A stretch of DNA of 64,000 bases from the NCBI GenBank assembly GCA_035513575.1, contig DATKBW010000049.1:39790-103789 (forward strand), in the 5' to 3' direction. Positions 19,901 through 28,680 of the stretch are shown here, one piece after another. Origin of the DNA: Longimicrobiales bacterium. Lineage in GTDB: Bacteria > Gemmatimonadota > Gemmatimonadetes > Longimicrobiales > RSA9. Position numbers and translations under genes: made by a program. Every line of letters begins with the position of its first letter. Within the stretch, counting starts at the first letter, position 1. The notes under the pieces were generated by a model. The model had not been told where the DNA came from, made no database searches, and worked only from the letters and a program-made list of their open reading frames with translations.

Positions 19901-20356
19901 GCGGTCTGCCGGAGCCTTCTGCTGGAGACCGGGCGGCCCGACGAGCGGGGCGAGCCCGTGGAGCTGGAGGAGCTCACCCGGCTCGTCGAGCGGGTGCTCG
20001 GCTCGGCGATCTGGGCGCGCGCCCGCGCGGCGGAACGTGTCCTCACGGAAGTGCCGTTCGCCTTCCATGCGCCCGCCGGGCGGCTGCCGGACCCGGACGC
20101 GGCCGCGGCGGCGAACGCGCCGCGACTCCTCGAGGGGGTCGTGGACCTGGCCTTTCTCGAGGCCGACGGCTGGGTGCTCGTGGACTACAAGACGGATGTC
20201 GGGACCGACGCGGGGTTCGACGGTCGCCGCCGCAGGTATCGCCGCCAGGTGGACCTGTACGCCCTCGTCTGGCCGGATCTCGCCGGGGGGCGGGTGAAGG
20301 AGCGCGTCCTGTTCTACACGGCCCGCGCGGCCCCGGCCGATCTCGAGCGGTGGTGA
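16934..20356 (+). CDS. addA: AddA-type UvrD/Rep-family helicase-nuclease subunit
   Basis: Walker A AGAGSGKT, motif II LLVDEFQDTD, C-terminal PD-(D/E)XK nuclease (VDLAFLEADGWVLVDYKTD). Confidence 0.88.
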   Translation: MPMRRRSDDRDQLPLFDAGPPPATPPPSPGLVDAPLPDEAARARIREDLGTNLLVEAGAGSGKTTALVDRMVALVLSDTAPVDRIAAVTFTRKAAAELQQRFQARLEDAIRDARHAGASEEAARLDRALRDIHRAFIGTIHSFCARLLRERPVEAGLDPGFEELLGVEETRMRRAFWHAHLERLAGADHPLLAELADIGLAPSRLQGLFDALVANPDVDFPSEPVAAPAADEVAAVRGRLDALIDRGLAMLPAEPDPRGWDELQSRIRLLAFLRRVVRWSDRADFLDILGEEVVGRSYRVVQKRWPDGAAAKALGEEWGDLRDGGAAAVVDRWWAHRYPIAVRFAREAAEAFEAERIRGGRLNFQDLLMRAARLLREHDAARDELGERYRRLLVDEFQDTDPVQAEVLTLLAAPPDGRRWQDATPRPGALFVVGDPKQSIYRFRRADIAVYNLVRERFQDFGDVLGLVANFRSLPPFGALVQDVFARPDRFAGRATRHQAAFAPLRTRRAADPARQRIGQYYIDPEGRSHVAVAADDAARLAPWIAGEIAAGRRRPEDFLILARQKAGLATYARALEGWRVPVQVTGAGVEQAEELTELLVLLEALADPTDPVKVVAALAGLFFGLDLDALLAWSRGEDLPAGEAAPGRWFDMTRPHAGDPTPVGRALATLHRWWSESRTTPADVLVGRVMDEVGLVPLAASRDLGELRAGSLLFALDSLRVAALHGDTSIPAAVDALRAALESDEAEAPLEPIRRGAARVMTLHQAKGLEAPVVILAHPVGQREHDITSHIERREDGSAVGHLVVQERAGFHRVRTLARPKGWEEKEEEERRYERAEEERLLYVAATRARDSLLVSRKARDEARSPWRGLYDWMDGNGELVQLEPAPTPEREQVERSARELTDDAALLADRRRRAASPRYVVRSVTALARAATAEPSGEDLSSREADGGRPADPGDGPDPAFRGLSWGSAVHGALDAGARGASGDALRAVCRSLLLETGRPDERGEPVELEELTRLVERVLGSAIWARARAAERVLTEVPFAFHAPAGRLPDPDAAAAANAPRLLEGVVDLAFLEADGWVLVDYKTDVGTDAGFDGRRRRYRRQVDLYALVWPDLAGGRVKERVLFYTARAAPADLERW

Positions 20357-20363
20357 AAGACGC

Positions 20364-20404
20364 GGAGCCCCGCCGGGCTCTCGCCGGCGGGGCTCCGGTT
20401 TTCG
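20364..20404 (+). terminator. Rho-independent terminator after addA (possibly bidirectional with the convergent SWIB gene)
   Basis: Perfect 13-bp stem GGAGCCCCGCCGG / CCGGCGGGGCTCC with 7-nt loop, followed by GGTTTTCGTT. Lies in the 66-nt convergent intergenic gap. Confidence 0.7.
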
Positions 20405-20422
20405 TTCACGGGTTCGGGCCGG

Positions 20423-20683
20423 TCAGGTCTTCCTGACGTGCTGGTTCACGAGCTTGGTCATCTCGAACATGGACACCTGGCTCTGCCCGTTGAAGATCGG
20501 GCGGAGCGAGTCATCGGCGTTGATCATGCGCCGGTTCTTCGAGTCCTGGAGGTTATTCTTCTTGACGTAATCCCACACCTTCTTCGTAATCTCGCTGCGG
20601 GTCAGCGGGCTGTTGCCCGTGATCTTTCCCAGCTGCGCATCCGGCTGGACCTTCTGCGCCAGACCACCGCGTGCCTTGGCCAT
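20423..20683 (-). CDS. SWIB/MDM2 domain protein
   Basis: 86 aa from the internal ATG: MAKARGGLAQKVQPDAQLGKITGNSPLTRSEITKKVWDYVKKNNLQDSKNRRMINADDSLRPIFNG...MFEMTKLVNQHV, matching the SWIB domain pattern. Confidence 0.8.
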   Translation of the reverse strand: MAKARGGLAQKVQPDAQLGKITGNSPLTRSEITKKVWDYVKKNNLQDSKNRRMINADDSLRPIFNGQSQVSMFEMTKLVNQHVRKT

Positions 20684-20776
20684 CCCAAACCTCCGTGTCG
20701 TGTGTATCAGGGGGTCCCTTCCCGCCTCCAAGCTACGCGCCGCCGCCCGGCGCGCAATGCCGCTGCCGGGACGACG

Positions 20777-21433
20777 CTATCCCCGCGGCTCCACAACAAT
20801 GTCATCGCCGAGCCGGAACCGGAACTTCGGATCCTCCATTCCGAGACCCTTCAGAGCGGGCGTGAGCAGCCGCTCCAGGGCCCGGGCGGTGTTGATCCGG
20901 GACTGGTAGGACGTGCGCAGGTGCGACACCGCCTGGCGCCGCATCGCCCCCTGCACGATGGCCAGGGCGCGGCGCTCCACCTGCTCCTCACTCGTCCCCA
21001 TCCGGGCCCAGCCGCGTCGCGTCTCCACTTCCAGCCGCCTCAGGTCCGGCTCCACGCTGTAGACCGCCAGCGCGGGCAGCCGCAGCTCGATCGAGCCGTC
21101 CTCGAGCAGCCGGAACATCTCCGGGCGCAGCGAGTCCACCTCGAACCCGTAGGAGACCTTCCCCGGCACCCGCACCCGCGCCCGCGTCGTGCCCAGGTCC
21201 AGCCCCACGATCCCCGGCAGGAACACCTTCGTGTTCTCCACTTCCGTCGTGGCCGTCACATCGAGGCGACCTGTCACGAGGAACGCCTCCGGGGCCTCCC
21301 GCTGGATCGTCGTGAACAGTGCGTCCCGCACCTGGCTCTCGGTGAAGGCGGGGGGCTCCAGGCGCAGAACCACGAGGATGCCGGCCAGCAGCAGCACGGC
21401 GGTGGCGGCGAGGAGGATCAGGGCACGTCGCAT
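20777..21433 (-). CDS. DUF4230-like membrane-anchored protein
   Basis: 218 aa. N-terminal TM helix, then the pattern TGRLDVTATTEVENTK...VRVPGKVSYGFE typical of DUF4230 (from memory). Confidence 0.6.
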   Translation of the reverse strand: MRRALILLAATAVLLLAGILVVLRLEPPAFTESQVRDALFTTIQREAPEAFLVTGRLDVTATTEVENTKVFLPGIVGLDLGTTRARVRVPGKVSYGFEVDSLRPEMFRLLEDGSIELRLPALAVYSVEPDLRRLEVETRRGWARMGTSEEQVERRALAIVQGAMRRQAVSHLRTSYQSRINTARALERLLTPALKGLGMEDPKFRFRLGDDIVVEPRG

Positions 21434-21497
21434 GTCCCCACGGTACCATCCGCTCCGCCTCCCGTCGAGACGGGCGGCGTTCCGAAGCGAGATCCCT

Positions 21498-21938
21498 TCA
21501 GAAACGGTCGAGGACCATGTCCAGCGCGGCCGCTTCGGCGGAACCGTCCCCGTCGAAGTCCCAGGCCGTGTCCGCCTCGTGCAGCGTCAGCAGCGACTCG
21601 TTGAACCGCAGCGTCAGCGACCGCTGCGCCCGACCCGCGGGCGTCAACAGCAGCATGCGGCCGCGGACGTCGTATTCGCCGGATTCCACATCCATGGCCA
21701 CGGAAGGCCCCGACAGGCGCGACTCGTAGGTGCCACCGGAGACCAGCCGCAGGCTGTAGATCGCCCCGGCCGCCACGAGGTCGGCGCGCACCGAGGGATC
21801 GGCCTGGCTCGTGTACACCAGCGAGATCACCCCCCAGAGTCCCACCAGCTCTTCCGCCGTCACGTCCGATGGATCGCCGGAGCAGGCTGTGGCCGCCAGC
21901 GCGGCCAGCCCCGCCGCCGCCATCCAGCGAGGTCGCAT
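21498..21938 (-). CDS. Hypothetical lipoprotein
   Basis: Internal ATG gives MRPRWMAAAGLAALAATAC (lipobox-like). The upstream part of the 215-aa ORF is Arg/Pro-rich and overlaps the neighbouring gene's 3' region. Confidence 0.6.
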   Translation of the reverse strand: MRPRWMAAAGLAALAATACSGDPSDVTAEELVGLWGVISLVYTSQADPSVRADLVAAGAIYSLRLVSGGTYESRLSGPSVAMDVESGEYDVRGRMLLLTPAGRAQRSLTLRFNESLLTLHEADTAWDFDGDGSAEAAALDMVLDRF

Positions 21939-21964
21939 TCGCCCGTTTCCTTTCCCGGCGGCGA

Positions 21965-22576
21965 TCAGAACACCAGTCCGACGCGGAAGCGGAACGTCGG
22001 CTCGTCGTCGAGGGTGTCCAGGGTGATGGCGCCGTTCAGGAACAGCGGGAGGATACCCACGGTGAGGCCGGCCTCTCCGGTGAACTCGTTGGAGGTCTCC
22101 ACCACTTCGTCTCCGAGCGCCCCCGTCCGGACCTCGCGGACCCACATGTACTGCGGGATGGCGTAGACGGTGGTGGCGAAGCGCCCGGTGTCCAGCGTCT
22201 TGCCGATCCCGAGCCCCACGGGCACCCCCAGCCGCTCGCTCACCGCCGCCGAGCCCACGTCCATGAAGCGGACGCCACCCACCACGCAGATCGCCGGCTC
22301 CAGCAGGTAGAAGTCGTACGCGCCCCGGAGCTCGTACGTCGAGGGCTCACCCTCGCCCGTGCCCGTGCGGTAGGCGAAGCCGAACGCCCCGGGACCCGAC
22401 ACGTCCGCGTGGAAGTCGCCCCCGATCTCCGTCCAGCCGTCCATGTCGCCGTACGACGCGGCGATGGCGATGGACCCATCGCGGGTGGGGAAGCCCAGAC
22501 ACGCCTGGGCGCCTGCGCCCGCGGCTCCGGTGAGGATTCCCGCGGTGGTGAGGACGAGGACTCGGCGTATCGACAT
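21965..22576 (-). CDS. Small outer-membrane beta-barrel protein
   Basis: 203 aa with a signal peptide (MSIRRVLVLTTAGILTGAAGAGAQA). Alternating hydrophobic beta-strand pattern and a C-terminal ...FRVGLVF ending in Phe. Confidence 0.65.
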   Translation of the reverse strand: MSIRRVLVLTTAGILTGAAGAGAQACLGFPTRDGSIAIAASYGDMDGWTEIGGDFHADVSGPGAFGFAYRTGTGEGEPSTYELRGAYDFYLLEPAICVVGGVRFMDVGSAAVSERLGVPVGLGIGKTLDTGRFATTVYAIPQYMWVREVRTGALGDEVVETSNEFTGEAGLTVGILPLFLNGAITLDTLDDEPTFRFRVGLVF

Positions 22577-22621
22577 GAGATTCCGCTCCGGCGACGGTTT
22601 CGCGACCCGGTTCTGATAACG

Positions 22622-23371
22622 CTAGTCCGCCGGCGTTGTTCCCGCCGCTCCCGATTCCTCCCCTCCGCGCCGCATGACCAGCGCCGCCCAGCCCACGACG
22701 AAGATCACGGCGAAGGCGAACCACTGGAACGCGTAGGAGAGGTGCGGCCCCTCCCCGAGAGCGGGGGACGGCAGCGGAACGGGCCCTCCCCTGCCGGCCC
22801 GTAAACCGGGGTCCGGTCCCTCCGCCTGGAGGTAGAGCGGTGACACGGGGTAGGGATACTGGGCCCGGATCGGGTCCGCGTCCAGCCGGAACCAGGTCGT
22901 TTGAAAGCTCTCGTCCGGCCGGGCCGTCCCGGTCGCCGGTAGCGGCAGGAGCACGCCCGTGACCGTCACCACGGAGTCCACCGCCACCGCCGACAGGTCC
23001 ACCGTGGCGGCGTCGCGGGACGGCAGCCAGCCGCGATTGACCAGGATCGCGCCCGCGCCGGCGCGGAGCGGGGCCAGGACGTTTACCCCCGGCGCGCCCG
23101 CCATGCTGCGTCCCGCGAGGACCAGGACGCGGGCGTTGTCGTAGCGGCCGCGCGCGATGACACGGCGGTGCGTGAGGCCCACGGTGTCCAGCGGCGGACC
23201 GTCGAGCGAATGCGGCGGCTGCGCCAGCCGCTCCGCGAGGGCGGCGTTCCGCTCGAGGCGCTGCTCGCGGCGGTCGAGCTGCCAGAAGCCCAACCGTACG
23301 CACACCGCCGCGATGACGAACACGCCGATCGTGCCGGCGATGCCGGACCGGGTCAGCTCCAGGGCACGCAT
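22622..23371 (-). CDS. SURF1-family cytochrome oxidase assembly protein
   Basis: 249 aa. N-terminal TM with GFWQLDRR, C-terminal LSYAFQWFAFAV plus TM; classic SURF1/Shy1 pattern. Confidence 0.85.
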   Translation of the reverse strand: MRALELTRSGIAGTIGVFVIAAVCVRLGFWQLDRREQRLERNAALAERLAQPPHSLDGPPLDTVGLTHRRVIARGRYDNARVLVLAGRSMAGAPGVNVLAPLRAGAGAILVNRGWLPSRDAATVDLSAVAVDSVVTVTGVLLPLPATGTARPDESFQTTWFRLDADPIRAQYPYPVSPLYLQAEGPDPGLRAGRGGPVPLPSPALGEGPHLSYAFQWFAFAVIFVVGWAALVMRRGGEESGAAGTTPAD

Positions 23372-23540
23372 CGGCCGTAAGGTGCATCCCGGCGATCACT
23401 TCGGGAACCCCGTCGGTACGCGCGACGGCCGCCGGATCTTCGCAAGGAGCCGGCTGAAACCGCCGCCGCCGGGGACGCGTATGGCCAGCCGGAAGAAGGA
23501 AGGCAATCGCCCCCGTCATCAGGCCCCTGAAAGGCACACG

Positions 23541-25814
23541 ATGCTCGATCGCACCACCCCTGTCGTCTTCGCCGTCCTGGTCCTCTCGGCGGGCGGCCTG
23601 TCCGCGCAGCAGCTCGCGCAGATCGGGCCGGAGCCGGCTCCACACGCCCGCGCCGCGCAGGTCCGCCCCACGCTGGAGGTGGCGCGCACGGCCGGCGCGA
23701 TCCGGATCGACGGCGACCTGGGCGATGCCGGCTGGGCCGGCGCCGCGGTGGCGGACGGCTTCAGCGAGTTCCAGCCCCGGGAGGGCGTCCCCGCACGGTC
23801 GCCCACCGAGGCTCTCGTGACCTACGACGCCGACAACCTCTACGTCGCCTTCAGGGTCCGCGACGACCCCCGGGCGCTCCGGGTCACGCTCCAGGACCGT
23901 GACGCCGTGTGGGACGACGACTGGGTCATGGTCGTCCTCGACACGTACGGCGACAACTCCTGGGCGTACATGATCGGCGCGAACCCCATCGGCGTGCAGC
24001 TGGACGCGCGCTTCAGCAACGCCAGCGGGGACGACGCCTCGTTCGACGTCATCTATCGCAGCGCGGGCCGCGTGACGGAGGACGGGTACCAGGTCGAGCT
24101 GGCGATCCCGTTCGCCAGCCTCCGCTTCCCCGACGCACCGCAGCAGGACTGGAAGCTGCAGTTCGTCCGCAGCCACCCCCGCGCGAGCCGCCACCTGTAC
24201 TCCTGGGCGGCGCTCTCGCAGAACAACAACTGCGTGCTGTGCCAGAGCGGATCCCTGCTCGGCATCCGGGGTGTCGAGCCGGGCGGACAGCTCGAGTTGC
24301 TCCCGGCCGTGGTCGCGGGGCAGCGGGGGGCCCTGACCGATGGCGCCGACCCGGGGTCGTACCGGTCGGCCGACCCGTCGGCCGAGTTCTCCCTGGGGAT
24401 CCGCTACCCGTTCAAGTCCGGCTGGACGGCCGAGGCCACGTACAATCCGGACTTCAGCCAGATCGAGTCCGACGCGTCCCAGATCGACGTCAACAGCACG
24501 TTCGCCCTCTTCTTCCCCGAGCGGCGCCCCTTCTTCCAGGAGGGCGGCGACCTCTTCAATACGTGGGTGAACGCGGTACACACGCGCTCCATCAACGACC
24601 CGGTGGCCGCGGGGAAGCTCATCGGGCGCCAGGGCAACCTGGCCCTGGGGTACATCGGGGCCGTGGACGAGCACTCCCCGCTCATCATCCCCCTCGAGGA
24701 AGCGAGCGTGGTGCTCCAGAACGGGCGCTCCGTCTCCAACATCCTCCGCGCGCGCCAGATGTTCGGCTCCGGGTCGTCGGTAGGCGGGCTCATCACCGAT
24801 CGCCGCTTCACGGGCGGCGGATCGGGGAGCACCGTCGGCGCCGACCTGCTGCTGCGCCTGAGCGAGCTGTGGCAGCTCGAGGCCCAGGTCGTGGGGAGCT
24901 ACACCCGCGAGCCGTCGGAGGCCGGTCCGACCGCCGGTCTCGACGGCGCGACTTTCGGTGACGCCGCCCACACGGCCACGTTCGACGGCGAGTCCTTCGC
25001 CGGTCGCGCCTCCTATGTCAGCCTCGAGCGCAACGCCCGCGGCTGGAACTTCGACGCGGACTACTGGGATGCCACGCCCACGTACCGGGCCGACAACGGG
25101 TTCCAGGGGCAGAACGACTTCCGCCGCGTCATCCTGTTCAACGGGTACGGCATCCACCCGGACAAGGGGCTGGTGGACCAGGTGTTCGTCGGCAACCGGA
25201 ACGGTCAGACATGGAACTTCGACGGTGAGTCCAAGAACCGCTTCGCGGCGGTGTTCGCCGAGACCCGCCTCAAGGGGCAGACGCGCATCGGCGCCGAGCT
25301 CGTGTGGGAGGAGGAGCGCTACGCCGGGATCCTCTTCGAGGACATGGTCGGCTTCGGCATCGGCCTCGGCTCGGATTTCAGCGAGATGTTCGGCTTCAAC
25401 CTGTCCTACGGGATGGGGGAGAGCATCCACCGACCCACCGCGAGCCCTGGCCGGAACCGGAACGCCCGCGCGTCGGTGACGTTCAAGCCGGTGCGCAATC
25501 TCATCATCGGCCCGTCCCTCCGGTGGGCCCGGATGGAGGGCGAGGACGGCATCATGCTGTTCGAGGGGTACATCGCCCGGAATCGGCTCGACTACCAGGT
25601 CACGCGCCGCTTCAGCGCCCGCGTGGTGACGGAGTGGAACGATTTCCGGCGCCAGCTTTCCGTCGAGCCGCTCCTGGTCTACCGGATCAATCCCCTCAGC
25701 GTCGCGTACCTCGGGGCAACGGGCGGCTACCGCGAGTTCGACGACCCGCAGTACGATCTGGAGCGCACGAGCCGGCAGTATTTCCTCAAGGTCCAGTACC
25801 TCCTGCGGCCCTGA
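23541..25814 (+). CDS. Secreted CBM9-like / DUF5916 domain protein
   Basis: Start at the internal ATG giving signal peptide MLDRTTPVVFAVLVLSAGGLSAQQ. IRIDGDLGDAGW...FQPREG...DADNLYVAFRVRDD is the CBM9-like N-terminal pattern. The long beta-rich C-terminus is as in DUF5916 (from memory). Confidence 0.7.
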   Translation: MLDRTTPVVFAVLVLSAGGLSAQQLAQIGPEPAPHARAAQVRPTLEVARTAGAIRIDGDLGDAGWAGAAVADGFSEFQPREGVPARSPTEALVTYDADNLYVAFRVRDDPRALRVTLQDRDAVWDDDWVMVVLDTYGDNSWAYMIGANPIGVQLDARFSNASGDDASFDVIYRSAGRVTEDGYQVELAIPFASLRFPDAPQQDWKLQFVRSHPRASRHLYSWAALSQNNNCVLCQSGSLLGIRGVEPGGQLELLPAVVAGQRGALTDGADPGSYRSADPSAEFSLGIRYPFKSGWTAEATYNPDFSQIESDASQIDVNSTFALFFPERRPFFQEGGDLFNTWVNAVHTRSINDPVAAGKLIGRQGNLALGYIGAVDEHSPLIIPLEEASVVLQNGRSVSNILRARQMFGSGSSVGGLITDRRFTGGGSGSTVGADLLLRLSELWQLEAQVVGSYTREPSEAGPTAGLDGATFGDAAHTATFDGESFAGRASYVSLERNARGWNFDADYWDATPTYRADNGFQGQNDFRRVILFNGYGIHPDKGLVDQVFVGNRNGQTWNFDGESKNRFAAVFAETRLKGQTRIGAELVWEEERYAGILFEDMVGFGIGLGSDFSEMFGFNLSYGMGESIHRPTASPGRNRNARASVTFKPVRNLIIGPSLRWARMEGEDGIMLFEGYIARNRLDYQVTRRFSARVVTEWNDFRRQLSVEPLLVYRINPLSVAYLGATGGYREFDDPQYDLERTSRQYFLKVQYLLRP

Positions 25815-25880
25815 TCTCCTACACTTCGGTTCGGCCCGCCTCCCCCGCGGAGGCCGGGGCAGAACCGACAGGAGGAGAGC

Positions 25881-27251
25881 ATGGGCGTGATGCGCAGCGT
25901 CGATCCCGCGACCGGGAAGCGGATCGAGGAGTACGAGACCCTCTCGGACGCCGAGCTCGATCAGCGGCTCGGCCGCGCCGGCGACGCCTTTGAGGGCTAT
26001 CGCCGCACTTCCATCGACCAACGCGCCCGCTGGCTGACCCGCGCCGCCGAGATTCTCGAGGCCGAGTCCCGCCAGTGGGCCGAGCTGATGACCCGGGAAA
26101 TGGGAAAGCCCGTGCGCGCCGCGGCGGCCGAGGCCGAGAAATGCGCGTGGGCTTGCCGCTACTACGCCGACAACGGACCCGCCTTCCTCGCCGATGAGCC
26201 CGTGGACGCGGCCGCCGACCGGAGCTGGATCGCGCACCAGCCGCTCGGCCCGGTCCTCGCCGTCATGCCGTGGAACTTCCCTTTCTGGCAGCTCTTTCGC
26301 TTCGCCGCGCCCGCCCTCATGGCCGGGAACGTCGCCCTGCTGAAGCACGCGTCCAACGTCCCCGGCTGCGCCCTTGCCATCGAGGAGATCTTCCGGCGGG
26401 CCGGCTTCCCGCCGGGCGCGTTCCAGTCCCTGCTGGTGGAGTCCGACCGGGTCGGCTCCATCATCGAGGACGCGCGCATCCGGGCGGTCACGCTCACCGG
26501 CAGCGAGGCCGCCGGCGCGTCGGTGGCGGCGACGGCGGGGCGGGAGATCAAGAAGACGGTCCTGGAGCTCGGCGGCAGCGACCCGTTCATCGTGATGCCC
26601 AGCGCGGACCTGGACGCGGCGGTGGAGACCGCGGTGCAGGCGCGGCACATCAACAACGGCCAGAGCTGCATTGCGGCCAAGCGGTTCATCGTGCACGAGG
26701 CGGTAGCCGAGGCGTTCATCGGCCGGTTCGTCGACCGGACGAAAGCCCTGGTTCTCGGCGACCCCATGGACGAGAGGACCGAGCTGGGGCCGCTGGCGAC
26801 CGAGGCGATCCGCGACGAGCTGGCGGGGCAGGTCGAGCGGAGCGTCGACGCCGGGGCCCGCCTCCTGACCGGCGGCAACGCCCCCGTTCGGCCGGGATGG
26901 TTCTATGAAGCCACCGTGCTGCGGGACGTGCCCGAGGGCGCAGCCGCCGCCCGCGAGGAGACCTTCGGTCCCCTGGCCGCGATCTTCGTGGTACCGGACC
27001 TGGACCGGGCGATCGAGAAGGCGAACGACACCCGCTTCGGGCTCGGCGCCAGCGCCTGGACCCGGAACGCGCGCGAGCGGGACGCGTTCGCGGAGCGGCT
27101 GGACGCGGGTGGCGTCTTCATCAACCGCATGGTGGCGAGCGACCCGCGGCTCCCGTTCGGCGGGATCAAGAGGAGCGGATACGGCCGGGAGCTCGCCCGC
27201 CACGGCATGCTCGAGTTCGTCAACATCAAGACCGTAGCGGCGGACGACTGA
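25881..27251 (+). CDS. gabD: NAD(P)-dependent succinate-semialdehyde dehydrogenase (aldehyde dehydrogenase family)
   Basis: 456 aa. ALDH motifs FPFWQ, catalytic Glu LELGGSDP and catalytic Cys NNGQSCIAAKR. GGAGGAG SD upstream. Confidence 0.85.
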   Translation: MGVMRSVDPATGKRIEEYETLSDAELDQRLGRAGDAFEGYRRTSIDQRARWLTRAAEILEAESRQWAELMTREMGKPVRAAAAEAEKCAWACRYYADNGPAFLADEPVDAAADRSWIAHQPLGPVLAVMPWNFPFWQLFRFAAPALMAGNVALLKHASNVPGCALAIEEIFRRAGFPPGAFQSLLVESDRVGSIIEDARIRAVTLTGSEAAGASVAATAGREIKKTVLELGGSDPFIVMPSADLDAAVETAVQARHINNGQSCIAAKRFIVHEAVAEAFIGRFVDRTKALVLGDPMDERTELGPLATEAIRDELAGQVERSVDAGARLLTGGNAPVRPGWFYEATVLRDVPEGAAAAREETFGPLAAIFVVPDLDRAIEKANDTRFGLGASAWTRNARERDAFAERLDAGGVFINRMVASDPRLPFGGIKRSGYGRELARHGMLEFVNIKTVAADD

Positions 27252-27260
27252 GCGGCGGCG

Positions 27261-28571
27261 CTACGCTCCGTCGCCGGCCGCCGCGTCTTCCCGGAGCCGC
27301 ATCAGCACCACCTGCTGGACCTCCATCTCGTCCTTCCGCAGGACGCCCAAACGGTCGGAGCCCACGAACACGTCCGGCATGGGAACACCCCGCAGCTCCC
27401 CGACCAGCGTCCCGTCCCTGTCGTAGATGTCGATCCGGCCAACGGAGTCCGGAACGCTCTCGGCCACCCCAACCCAGATCCGGCCGCGAGGATCCACCCG
27501 CAGCGAGACGACGCGGGGGATCAGCGACGCGAACGTCATCTTCTCCAGCCGCTGCTCCAGCATGCGCCGCCGCGTCTCCTCGTCGGGACCGCTGCCCCCG
27601 ATCCTGACCCTGGTGCCGCCGGCCTCCTCGGCGTCCCGGAGTCGCTGACGCGCGGCCTCTCGGTCCTCTTCCGTGACCGGCCGCGGCGCGGGCGCCCGCT
27701 CGATGGTCCGCCGAACGGCGCCGTCGGGGCCGATCAGCCGGATCAGGTAGGCGGCCGTGTCCGAGACCACGACGCCGCCGTCCGAGAACCCCTGCCACCG
27801 GAACGCCGGTGCGAACTGCCGGGCCATCATCATCACGATCACGCCGCTCCCGATCTCGAGCCGGACCATATCCGTCGGGGGCTCCGGGATCGTCCAGACG
27901 GTATCCAGCACCTCGGCGGTCGGGCCGAGCCGGAGGAGCGGCAGCCGGGAAGACCCGCCCTCGCCGCCGCTGACGGCCGCCCGCCTGCCGCTTCCGGGCG
28001 GGCCGCCGATGTTGAACAGCGGCCGGAAGCTCTGGAGGAAGCCGCCATCCAGCACGGTGAGGGAGGGCGAGGGCACGCCCGAGTTGTCCCCGTAGGGCAC
28101 CGTCCGTGGGTCGCCGCCGGGCTGTGGATAGCCCGTCAGGCGGCTGTTGGAGAAGTCGGTGACCCACAAGGTGTCTCCGGGACCGACCGCCAGCCCCAGG
28201 GGCTGGCTGAGCTCGCCGGGCCCTTCGCCCTTCCGGCCGTACGTGGCCAGGTGGCGGCCGTCCGGTCCGTACTTCAGCACCCGCGACCCCTGGCGATCGA
28301 GGACGAAGAGGTTGCCGTCGGCATCGCCGGCGAGTCGCTCCCAGCTCACCTCCGCGAACTGATACTCGTCGTCCGCGAACGCGTCGCCGAGAACGCCCAC
28401 CGTGTCCACGGACCAGCCAAGCGACGACGCCGCCGTTTCGGGGTAGCTCCACCGTTCGACGCCGCCCACCGTGTCCACCGCCGCGGCCGTCCGGGAGGCC
28501 GAGGCGGAGCCGTCGTCGCACGCCCCCAGGGCGGCAAGGACGAGAACCCCGGTCACCCTGCGCATACGCAT
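27261..28571 (-). CDS. 6-bladed beta-propeller lipoprotein (core-genome paralogue of the island propeller)
   Basis: Internal ATG gives lipoprotein signal MRMRRVTGVLVLAALGAC. Contains the GRKGEGPGELSQP motif (GxGPGE[FL] hallmark of the 6-bladed beta-propeller family, from memory) and repeated beta-strand blades. Confidence 0.65.
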   Translation of the reverse strand: MRMRRVTGVLVLAALGACDDGSASASRTAAAVDTVGGVERWSYPETAASSLGWSVDTVGVLGDAFADDEYQFAEVSWERLAGDADGNLFVLDRQGSRVLKYGPDGRHLATYGRKGEGPGELSQPLGLAVGPGDTLWVTDFSNSRLTGYPQPGGDPRTVPYGDNSGVPSPSLTVLDGGFLQSFRPLFNIGGPPGSGRRAAVSGGEGGSSRLPLLRLGPTAEVLDTVWTIPEPPTDMVRLEIGSGVIVMMMARQFAPAFRWQGFSDGGVVVSDTAAYLIRLIGPDGAVRRTIERAPAPRPVTEEDREAARQRLRDAEEAGGTRVRIGGSGPDEETRRRMLEQRLEKMTFASLIPRVVSLRVDPRGRIWVGVAESVPDSVGRIDIYDRDGTLVGELRGVPMPDVFVGSDRLGVLRKDEMEVQQVVLMRLREDAAAGDGA

Positions 28572-28680
28572 GATCCGTCGCTCCGTGTCCCGTGAGTCCA
28601 CCGACCGCGGGGTGCGATGCGGCGAGGCCGCCGCAGGGTTGCCCCGCGAGCGGCTCTCCCCTTGCGGCTCGGCCAGCGCC

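Noticed and set aside
13840-20356. PD-(D/E)XK nuclease plus UvrD-like helicase pair as a possible phage-defence system (Gabija-like or similar)
   Set aside because: The architecture is canonical AddAB. The nuclease-only B subunit has a C-terminal Fe-S Cys cluster, the A subunit has an N-terminal UvrD helicase and C-terminal nuclease, and the two are translationally coupled. There is no OLD/ATPase partner, and composition is normal for the host.
22347-27203. 1618-aa ORF on the minus strand (the longest in the track)
   Set aside because: It is Arg/Gly/Pro/Ala-rich low-complexity translation with no recognisable domain. It is antisense to three well-supported plus-strand genes and overlaps SURF1 out of frame. 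This is a typical stop-free antisense frame in 70% GC DNA.
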